Assembly (NCBI RefSeq): GCF_017876815.1
Contig: NZ_JAGIOS010000002.1
Span: 540,001-572,000 of the forward strand
Direction: 5' to 3'
Source of the DNA: Sinorhizobium meliloti
GTDB taxonomy: Bacteria > Pseudomonadota > Alphaproteobacteria > Rhizobiales > Rhizobiaceae
DNA: 32,000 nt
Shown here: in pieces, positions 16,659 to 23,491 of the stretch
Layout: every line of letters starts with the position of its first letter
How positions within the stretch are numbered: position 1 is the stretch's first letter
Translations under genes and position numbers: made by a program
The notes under the pieces: generated by a model
Seen by the model: the letters and a program-made list of their open reading frames with translations, nothing else
Databases searched by the model: none
Told to the model about the DNA's origin: nothing

Positions 16659-17393
16659 TCAGTTTTCGAGCGCGATGTCCTCATCAGGCGTCGTATCGAG
16701 GAGGTGCTCACGAATATCGTCTATCTTCCCGACGGGGGTTCCGACGCCGAGCGTTTCCTTGACGTCTTCCAGTGTTGCGTCCGTCACTTCGCCGCCATTC
16801 GTGAAGCTTGCAATCGCCTCGCGCAGCGCTTCATCGCTGAGAGCGGGATCGGTCGGGATGACGTCCGAGCCGAATTCGGCCTCGAACTCGGCATAGGCGA
16901 TCGCATAGGCGGAGATTGCCGCCATCCGCGGGTCGTTCGAGTTCAGATAGGCGTGATAGTTCCGGCCGAGCGAGCTCAGCTTTGCCGCTTCGGCCTGCGA
17001 ATTTTTAGGCTTCGGCGTCGGGACAGCCGTTTTCGTGGCCCTGGCCTTGACTACCTTGCCGGACTTGCCGGTGGCCGCACGTTCGGACTTCCTGCCGTGC
17101 TTGAACAGGTCCTGGAGGAAACGAGGCGTGCCCGCACGTTCGCCGCCCGATCTGCCCGAATCGGATCGAGCCTTCGCATGGCTTCCGCTATTGCCGTGGT
17201 TTCCGCTCTTGCCGTGGCCGCCGCCATTGCCGCCGCCGCTGCCGCCGCCGCTGCCCCCACCGTTGCCCCCACCGTTGCCATTGCCGCCCTTGGCGAAGGC
17301 GATGTCCGATATGCCGGGCGCAATGCCCGCCAGGGGCGCACCTGCAAGCGCAAGCGCAATAAGACCTCGTCCGACGAATTTGGAAACAGGCAT
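16659..17393 (-). CDS. Secreted glycine/asparagine-rich protein, unknown function
   Basis: AGGAGG lies 5 nt upstream of the ATG. A Sec-type signal MPVSKFVGRGLIALALAGAPLAG..AFA is followed by KGGNGNGGGNGGGSGGGSGGGNGGGHG, then an acidic, alpha-helical-looking C-terminal half. It lies 21 nt upstream of the EAL gene. Confidence 0.7.
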   Translation of the reverse strand: MPVSKFVGRGLIALALAGAPLAGIAPGISDIAFAKGGNGNGGGNGGGSGGGSGGGNGGGHGKSGNHGNSGSHAKARSDSGRSGGERAGTPRFLQDLFKHGRKSERAATGKSGKVVKARATKTAVPTPKPKNSQAEAAKLSSLGRNYHAYLNSNDPRMAAISAYAIAYAEFEAEFGSDVIPTDPALSDEALREAIASFTNGGEVTDATLEDVKETLGVGTPVGKIDDIREHLLDTTPDEDIALEN

Positions 17394-17608
17394 GGGGGCC
17401 TCCTATCGAATGTCGCGGCCGTTGTTGCTCCGGCCGATTTTCTGCTTCAATTGATAAAGCGATAGCGTGCAACTGGCGCGGGTTCCACCGTCGCCGGACC
17501 AATGCGCCGGTTGATAGGACTTAGGTCCGTGGGCACGGTCGTCAAAAGTCCCAAGATGCGCTATGACCAAGGGGTAAGGGATGGCGCGCGTTGACCGGCC
17601 GGCCGGAG

Positions 17609-19081
17609 ATGCTAATTTGTCGGTTGCAAAGAACGCAGCAGTGCCGGCGACGAATTGAGCGGGCCATCGTGAGATTTCTCGTGCACGTCGACGACCTCAT
17701 CAGACGGTGGAACTCTCAGCCGCTGGCAAAGCAGTTCCTGATTATCGGTGGCTCGGTAGCCGCTGCGGCGATGCTTGTCGTCGGTGCCTTCGTGACGAGC
17801 CTCATAGAGGAAGCCGTGACGCGCAACTCCGCGGCAACCACGGCGCTCTATGTCGACAGCGTGATTGCGCCGCTCCTGCCCGACATGCAAACGACGCAGG
17901 TGCTCGACGACTCGGTGGCACGGGCGCTCGACGAAACGCTTGGGCAGGGCGCTTTGGGCGATCGGCTCGCGTCGTTCCGACTTTGGCGGGCGGACGGGAC
18001 CGTTCTCTATTCGAGCGAAAAGGCCATGGTTGGTCAGAAGTACGAGCTGGGTCCGGAGCTGACGGCAGCATTCGACGGCGGCATGGTCGCTCGCTTCATG
18101 CCTCTCGACGAGGCCGACGGCGAGACGGAGCGCCTTTCGAACAGTCCTCTCCTGGAGATCTACAATCCCCTTCTCCAACCCTGGTCCGGTGAGGTGGTCG
18201 CCGTCTCGGAATTCCACGAGATTGCCGATGAATTCGAGCAGAGCCTCAATCGGGCGCGGCTTCACACGTGGATCGCCGTTGCCGGCTTCACGCTCGCCTT
18301 CTTCATCGCGCTTTCGGCCATCGTCTTGCGCGGCAGCAGAACGATCGAGAAACAGCGCCATGCGCTTGGGCAGCGCGTCGATGAGCTTTCGGCGCTGCTT
18401 GCGCAGAACGAGGCACTGCGTGCGCGCCTGCGCCAGGCATCCCAGCGTGCGACCGCGCTGAACGAAACCCTGTTGCGGCGGATCGGCGCCGACCTCCATG
18501 ACGGACCGGCGCAGCTCGTGGCTTATGCTTCGCTTCGGCTGGACAGCAACAAGCTTGTCAGCCCCTCGACGCCCGCCGAACTGCGCGAGCGTGAGATCGC
18601 CGCCATCAAGGGCAGCCTCGACGAGGCGATGAACGAGATCAGGACGCTGTGCAACGGGCTGGTGCTGCCGCAGATAGAGACTGCCAGCCTGAGGGAGATT
18701 CTGGAGCGTTGCGTTCGCGCCCATGAACAACGAACGGGAACGACCGTGGACTTGTCGATGAGCGACCCGCCCGAGCGCCTTTCCGCATCGGCGAAGATAT
18801 GCATATACCGTTTCGTGCAGGAAGCACTTAACAACGCCTTTCGTCACGGCGGCGGCATCGCTCAGCGCGTGACGCAGAACACGAACGGTGACAAGATTAC
18901 CGTCGAGGTTGCCGATGGCGGTCCGGGCTTCGACCCAAGCGAAGTACGGCCGACGAGCCTCGGCCTCGCGGGTCTTAAAGGCCGCGTCGAGAGCCTCGGC
19001 GGAACGTTCGAGATCAACCCCAACGCGCCCGGCACCATCGTCCGGATGTCGCTCGGCCTCGAGGAAATGGAGCAGGCATGA
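17609..19081 (+). CDS. Sensor histidine kinase, HisKA_3 (NarX/LiaS-type) with a periplasmic sensor domain
   Basis: It has two transmembrane segments (LIIGGSVAAAAMLVVGAFV; WIAVAGFTLAFFIALSAIVL) flanking a loop of about 150 aa. The H-box is DLHDGPAQLV. The HATPase region shows EALNNAFRHG, DGGPGF and GLAGLKGRVESLGG. The start is uncertain (TTG 17591, ATG 17609 or GTG 17669). Confidence 0.9.
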   Translation: MLICRLQRTQQCRRRIERAIVRFLVHVDDLIRRWNSQPLAKQFLIIGGSVAAAAMLVVGAFVTSLIEEAVTRNSAATTALYVDSVIAPLLPDMQTTQVLDDSVARALDETLGQGALGDRLASFRLWRADGTVLYSSEKAMVGQKYELGPELTAAFDGGMVARFMPLDEADGETERLSNSPLLEIYNPLLQPWSGEVVAVSEFHEIADEFEQSLNRARLHTWIAVAGFTLAFFIALSAIVLRGSRTIEKQRHALGQRVDELSALLAQNEALRARLRQASQRATALNETLLRRIGADLHDGPAQLVAYASLRLDSNKLVSPSTPAELREREIAAIKGSLDEAMNEIRTLCNGLVLPQIETASLREILERCVRAHEQRTGTTVDLSMSDPPERLSASAKICIYRFVQEALNNAFRHGGGIAQRVTQNTNGDKITVEVADGGPGFDPSEVRPTSLGLAGLKGRVESLGGTFEINPNAPGTIVRMSLGLEEMEQA

Positions 19082-19737
19082 TGACGGGAATTCGAGTAGC
19101 CGTGGTCGATGACCACCCTCTGTTCAGGGAGGGTGTGACCCGGAGCCTGTCGGAGATCGACGGGTTCGAGATCGTCGCGGAAGGCGGGTCGCGGGACGAA
19201 GCGGTCGCGATTGCGCAAAGCCTCAACCCTGACGTCATGCTGCTCGACATCTCCATGCCGGGCGGCGGGCTGAACGCAGTTCCGGCGATCCTGAGCGTCG
19301 CGCCCTCGCAGAAGATCGTCATGCTGACCGTTTCCGAGGCGAATGACGACGTCGCGGCAGCCCTGAAGGAGGGCGCGAAGGGTTACATTCTCAAGGGCAT
19401 CGGCGCGAGGGCGCTGGCGGAAGTCATTCGCACCGTCGCCTCAGGCGAGAGCTATGTCGCCCCCACCCTTTCCGCCAAGCTGCTGACGGGGCAGCTGGCC
19501 AATTCTGCACCGGCCAAGTCCAACCTCGTTGCCGAGCTGACGCGGCGCGAACAGGAGGTCCTGCACCTCGTCGCCTCGGGAATGAGCAACAAGCAGATTG
19601 CCCGAAAGCTCGATCTGCACGAGAAAACGGTGAAACATCACATGACGCAGATCATGGCGAAGCTCGACGTCGCCAACCGGACGGAGGCGGCCATGGTGCT
19701 GCGCGACGCGCTCGACTGGCGTCCGGTCAGTCAATGA
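19078..19737 (+). CDS. NarL/FixJ-family response regulator (REC + LuxR-type HTH)
   Basis: The REC domain shows VAVVDDHPLFREG and LLDISMPGG. The HTH reads LTRREQEVLHLVASGMSNKQIARKLDLHEKTVKHH. The ATG overlaps the kinase stop (ATGA at 19078-19081). Confidence 0.93.
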   Translation: MMTGIRVAVVDDHPLFREGVTRSLSEIDGFEIVAEGGSRDEAVAIAQSLNPDVMLLDISMPGGGLNAVPAILSVAPSQKIVMLTVSEANDDVAAALKEGAKGYILKGIGARALAEVIRTVASGESYVAPTLSAKLLTGQLANSAPAKSNLVAELTRREQEVLHLVASGMSNKQIARKLDLHEKTVKHHMTQIMAKLDVANRTEAAMVLRDALDWRPVSQ

Positions 19738-20185
19738 AGGACAGAAGCCGTCTCCGGTCGGCCGAGGTTGCGCGCCGGTTGACGATCGTGCGCCCGCGCG
19801 AATCCTTCATGATGTAGCGGGCGCCTTCGATCACCTCGCTGATGCCGTCCCGGTGACGTACGCGCAGGATGGAGCCGCCGCCTTCCACGGACGTCGCTGC
19901 TCTTCCGCTTGCCCGGCCGGAATTCGAATTGCCGCCGCCTTTGCCGTTCGAGCCACCGCCCCTGCCATTCCCGTTTCCGCCGCCGCCACCGTTTCCGCCG
20001 CCTCGTCCGCCGCCGCCTCCTCCGCCGCCACGTCCGCCGCCGCTACCGCCTCCCTTGGCGAGAGCGGACTGCGGTTCCAGTTCGATGCCTGAGCCCGACA
20101 GCGCGATTTTGTAAGGCGATACGGCGACGGGAAGGCCGACCGAAACCCAGCACAGTGCTGCGAGAAAGTTTCGACGCGTGACCAT
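19727..20185 (-). CDS. Exported glycine-rich protein with a twin-arginine-like signal, unknown function
   Basis: AGGAGG lies 6 nt upstream of the ATG at 20185. The N-terminus MVTRRNFLAALCWVSVGLPVAV has a T-R-R-x-F-L Tat motif. It is followed by AKGGGSGGGRGGGGGGGGRGGGNGGGGGNGNGRGGGSNGKGGG and a roughly 55-aa basic C-terminal domain. Its 3' end overlaps the response regulator 3' end by 11 bp. Confidence 0.7.
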   Translation of the reverse strand: MVTRRNFLAALCWVSVGLPVAVSPYKIALSGSGIELEPQSALAKGGGSGGGRGGGGGGGGRGGGNGGGGGNGNGRGGGSNGKGGGNSNSGRASGRAATSVEGGGSILRVRHRDGISEVIEGARYIMKDSRGRTIVNRRATSADRRRLLSFID

Positions 20186-20581
20186 CACGCTCCTCCTGAA
20201 GAGTTTTACCGGCCTGCGCCTGATCGCGGTCTCGCGAATGCATTGACGCTTTCACCGATCGTCGGCATCGCCGCCGACGCGACAACAGTCCACCGGGAAA
20301 GCCCAACATTCGCTTTCGCCAGCTGTTGCGCCATCTTTGTTCACGGTCTGGTCAGTGCGTCAACTGCAATCGAGGTGGTTCAGACGTTTCGCTTTCACGG
20401 GTCGGACGATCGTCCGATGCGATTCGGACCAAAGTCCGACGATGGGGCAAGGCGGCTAGGCGAAAGCGGCTCTGCAGCCTCTCGAATGAGAGGCTGCAGA
20501 AAAAAAAAGGTTATCGATCCAGTTGCCATTGCGCAACCTGCCGGGGCTCGGTGATGCTGCGGTCCGGCGACGCGGACCGGC

Positions 20582-20845
20582 TCAGGCCGCCCTCACGCCC
20601 GCCTTCATCGGGATCTCGATGTCGACTTCGAGCGTGGTGACGTGCTCGCCGCGTTCCATCGTGACGTTGACCTTGTCGCGGTCGACCTGGACATGCTTGG
20701 CGATGACGGCGAGAATTTCTTCCCGAAGCACCGCCACGAGATCCGACTGGCCGACCGACGCGCGCTCATGCGCCAGCAGCACCTGCAGGCGCTCGCGCGC
20801 CGTCGGCGCCGAGGTCTGCTTGCTGAAGAAACGGAAAATGCTCAT
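20582..20845 (-). CDS. minE: Cell division topological specificity factor MinE
   Basis: The sequence [29 protein letters not shown] is a canonical MinE N-terminus. It is ATGA-coupled to minD. Confidence 0.95.
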   Translation of the reverse strand: MSIFRFFSKQTSAPTARERLQVLLAHERASVGQSDLVAVLREEILAVIAKHVQVDRDKVNVTMERGEHVTTLEVDIEIPMKAGVRAA

Positions 20846-21657
20846 GCTGCCCTCCGTCCGAATATCTTGCCCAGGAAGCCACGCTTCTCGCCGGGAATGG
20901 TCATCGGTACCGTTTCTCCCGCGAGGCGGCGCGCAGCATCCAGATAGGCACGCGCCGGAGCGCTGCTGCTGTCGGCGAGCGTCACCGGGGCACCGAGATT
21001 GGAAGCCTTGAGAACGTCCATGCTCTCGGGAACGATGCCGATGAGCGGGATGGAGAGTATCTCGAGGACGTCATCGACCTTGAGCATGTCGCCACGCTCG
21101 GCACGGACGGCATCGTAGCGTGTCAGCAGCAGGTGCTTCTCGACCCGCTCTCCGCGCTCTGCCCTTTCGGTCTTGGCATCGAGCAGGCCGATGATGCGGT
21201 CGGAGTCGCGAACGGAGGAGACTTCCGGATTGGTGACGATGACGGCGAGGTCGGCGTGGCGCATCGCGAGCGTCGCGCCGCGCTCTATCCCGGCCGGGCT
21301 GTCGCAAATGATCCAGTCGAAGTGTTTCCTGAGTTCTTCCATCACCCGCTCGACGCCCTCGGGGGTCAGGCTGTCCTTGTCGCGGGTCTGCGATGCCGGC
21401 AGCAGGAACAGGGTATCGAGGCGTTTGTCGCGGATCAGCGCCTGCGGCAGCTTCGCGTCGCCCTGGATCACGTTGACGAGGTCGTAGACGACCCGGCGCT
21501 CGGCGCCCATGACGAGGTCGAGATTGCGCAGCCCGACGTCGAAATCGACGACGACCGTTTTCTCGTTGCGCTGCGCCAGCGCCGCACCCAGTGCGGCGGT
21601 TGACGTCGTCTTGCCGACGCCGCCCTTTCCAGATGTAACTACAACTACTTTCGCCAT
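20842..21657 (-). CDS. minD: Septum site-determining ATPase MinD
   Basis: [24 protein letters not shown] shows the deviant Walker A motif. It is 271 aa from the ATG at 21657. The longer ORF extending to 21786 reads through an intergenic repeat and is rejected. Confidence 0.95.
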   Translation of the reverse strand: MAKVVVVTSGKGGVGKTTSTAALGAALAQRNEKTVVVDFDVGLRNLDLVMGAERRVVYDLVNVIQGDAKLPQALIRDKRLDTLFLLPASQTRDKDSLTPEGVERVMEELRKHFDWIICDSPAGIERGATLAMRHADLAVIVTNPEVSSVRDSDRIIGLLDAKTERAERGERVEKHLLLTRYDAVRAERGDMLKVDDVLEILSIPLIGIVPESMDVLKASNLGAPVTLADSSSAPARAYLDAARRLAGETVPMTIPGEKRGFLGKIFGRRAA

Positions 21658-21676
21658 CTTCCCGCTCCTGTTGTCA

Positions 21677-21727
21677 GAGCGGGATGAGGAAAACTGTGAG
21701 CGGTTTTCCGCCCGCATCCCCGCTCTA
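21677..21727. repeat. 51-nt hairpin repeat in the minC-minD spacer
   Basis: The sequence is agagcgggatgaggaaaactgtgagcggttttccgcccgcatccccgctct. By hand alignment it is 45/51 identical to 31610-31660. The differences in the stem preserve base pairing. Confidence 0.8.
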
Positions 21728-21754
21728 ATCCGATAAATCCCGCCGGCAACCGGC

Positions 21755-22504
21755 TCAGTTAAGTCTTTCCGCCATGATCGAATCACCTTCCAGCCAGAGC
21801 TGGACCGACTGGCCGCGCAGATTGGGCGCCATGTCCTCGGCCGTCTTGTAGACGCCGTCGATTGCCAGCAATTCCGCTTCGAGCCGGCGGCAGAAAATGC
21901 GCGCAGACGCGTTTCCGACCGAGCCTGCCAGCGCCCGCCCTCGGAGCGTCCCGTAGATATGGACCGAACCTCCTGCGACGATCTCCGCGCCGGATGCGAC
22001 AGAGCCGACCACCGTCACGTCGCCTTCCGGGAAGATGACCGACTGTCCGGACCGAACCGGTTCCCGGACGATGATCGATGCCGTCGCCCGCACCGGCTGA
22101 ACCTCCTCCGGCGTAATCGGCGCAGCGGCCTTTCCCTTGCCGGCCTTCGGCGGATCGGCAGGATCGGCCTCAGGCACCTCGAAATCGGGCGCCGGCCGGC
22201 CGCCCTTCATGGCAGGCGGCATTCCCGGTTCGAAGAGCGAGGGACGTCCGCCTTCGATCCCCATCACCCTGACATTGCGCTGGCCGAGCTCGTCGAGCAG
22301 GCTCTTCAACTGTTTCCGGTCGATCTCGAGATCCGCCACGTCGAGCACCACCGGGCGCCCCAGGAAGAAGCCCGCCGAACGCGAAGCGAGGTCATCGAGC
22401 CGGCCAAGCCACCAGTCGAGCGGCAGTTCCGGGGAAAGCACCAGCGCCAGGAAGGAGCGGCCCTTGATGCGGATCGAGCGAGCGTCTGTTAGCACTTTGG
22501 TCAT
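21755..22504 (-). CDS. minC: Septum site-determining protein MinC
   Basis: The N-terminus reads IRIKGRSFLALVLSPE. The C-terminal beta-helix block reads SGQSVIFPEGDVTVVGSVASGAEIVAGGSVHIYGTLRGRALAG. Its position upstream of minDE supports the call. Confidence 0.93.
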   Translation of the reverse strand: MTKVLTDARSIRIKGRSFLALVLSPELPLDWWLGRLDDLASRSAGFFLGRPVVLDVADLEIDRKQLKSLLDELGQRNVRVMGIEGGRPSLFEPGMPPAMKGGRPAPDFEVPEADPADPPKAGKGKAAAPITPEEVQPVRATASIIVREPVRSGQSVIFPEGDVTVVGSVASGAEIVAGGSVHIYGTLRGRALAGSVGNASARIFCRRLEAELLAIDGVYKTAEDMAPNLRGQSVQLWLEGDSIMAERLN

Positions 22505-22741
22505 CTTCGTTAATTATTGGTTGCCAAGATGTAGGCGAGCCATGGTTAACAAATGGTTAACCGGGCCTCCTTCTTTGCCTGATCTTCGGTCCGTTTCGCC
22601 TCCGCATGACGTGGAGATTTCCGTGACGTGCGAGACCATCTGTCCGCAAAGAGACCCGACGGAACCGGCGACCAGTTCTAGGCAGCATGGTGACGATGGG
22701 AGCTTGCACAGGGCTGACGGCTGGGGGGAAGAGGGGCATCA

Positions 22742-22778
22742 AAAAGGGGAGAGGAAGTTTCGGTTCCTCTCTCCTTTT
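22742..22778. terminator. Bidirectional intrinsic terminator-like hairpin downstream of the DUF1127 gene
   Basis: The stem aaaaggggagaggaa (22742-22756) pairs with ttcctctctcctttt (22764-22778), giving 15 bp with one G-U pair and a 7-nt loop. A/T tracts on both sides give a U-run on either strand. Confidence 0.65.
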
Positions 22779-22800
22779 GCAGCAGGCCGACCACTGCAGG

Positions 22801-23052
22801 TCAATCCGGGCGCCCTGCCTTAGCCTGAATGAAGGCGCCTATGTCCCAGATGGGGACTTCCTCCTCCGCCTCCGGAAGGCCGATGTCTCGGCGCATCCGA
22901 TTCGACAGATGGGTGATCTGGTTTTGCGCCTGACGGCGCCTCCAGGCGGCCGACATCAGCGCGCGTGCGGTCTTCCAGACGCCGAATTTCCGGTAAAGTT
23001 CATCGACCGTCGCCGCGAGGGGTTCGACAACTAAAGCTTGTGGTTCACGCAT
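22801..23052 (-). CDS. DUF1127 domain small protein
   Basis: It is 83 aa. WRRRQAQNQITHLSNRMRRDIGLPE matches the DUF1127 signature (W-R-R..L..LS..L-x-DIGL). Confidence 0.8.
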   Translation of the reverse strand: MREPQALVVEPLAATVDELYRKFGVWKTARALMSAAWRRRQAQNQITHLSNRMRRDIGLPEAEEEVPIWDIGAFIQAKAGRPD

Positions 23053-23211
23053 GACTGTCCGTCCCGGCGCAGTGACGCAGCCAGGTCCTTTCGAGGATCA
23101 GAGACGTGCGGATGCGGAACGCAAAAATGCGAACAATCGCCCCGTCATCCGGTCACGTCAGGTAAAAAGGGGATCGCCAAATGGCGGAATTGCGGGCTTG
23201 TGAGCCTTGGA

Positions 23212-23301
23212 TCAGTAGCGGCTGAAACCAGATGCGCTACGCATCGAAGGCGTGATAGCCGTTCCGCCGCAGAGGCGCACAAACACGAGATTGGAATCCA
23301 T
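23212..23301 (-). CDS. Candidate 29-aa small ORF
   Basis: GGAGG lies 6 nt upstream of the ATG at 23301. The ORF translates to MDSNLVFVRLCGGTAITPSMRSASGFSRY*. It is below the size cut-off of the ORF track and has no recognisable homology. Confidence 0.3.
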   Translation of the reverse strand: MDSNLVFVRLCGGTAITPSMRSASGFSRY

Positions 23302-23491
23302 CTTACGCCTCCTCTGATTTGAATTGCGGATGAGGTGATCCTTGCACGAGACCGGCCGATCGGCAAGTACTCAATTTCGAATTGCAGCCACCGAACGATT
23401 TCCGTTGCAGGAAAGCAACACTTTCCGATTGGAAGGCCGATCTCCGCCGCGAAGGCTCACATCGATCGAGCGGCCGTGAGCGGCCCGCCGA

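Noticed and set aside
17035-17454. Proline-rich plus-strand ORFs (17035..17454 and also 19869..20114, PPPLPPPLPPP...).
   Set aside because: They are mirror images of the GGN repeats of the minus-strand glycine-rich genes. Those genes have strong SD sites and signal peptides, and the plus-strand ORFs have neither.
17451-17520. Two ttgata(a/g)(a/g) motifs exactly 60 nt apart in the divergent promoter between Gly-rich gene 1 and the kinase, considered as response-regulator sites.
   Set aside because: A hexamer match can occur by chance. There is no inverted-repeat partner and no known consensus for this regulator.
17612-18847. A 411-aa minus-strand ORF.
   Set aside because: It is antisense to the histidine kinase, which has an unambiguous H-box and ATPase motifs.
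19901-20053. Possible CRISPR-like or tandem non-coding repeat.
   Set aside because: The period is 3 nt, the repeats are imperfect, and they lie in frame within a coding region. There is no repeat-spacer architecture and no cas genes.
20842-21657. MinD considered as the missing tyrosine-kinase/ATPase partner of the kinase-less co-polymerase.
   Set aside because: It sits in a canonical minCDE operon with MinE coupling. It lacks a Tyr-rich tail and is 13 kb from the co-polymerase. The resemblance is only the shared MinD/ParA-type Walker A fold.
21658-21786. An N-terminal extension of the minD ORF (MIRSWRKD..RAENRSQFSSSRSDN..).
   Set aside because: The extension translates the intergenic hairpin repeat. 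The same pseudo-peptide (MRAENRTHFSSSRA) appears in the spurious ORF 31031..31687. Canonical MinD starts at [17 protein letters not shown].
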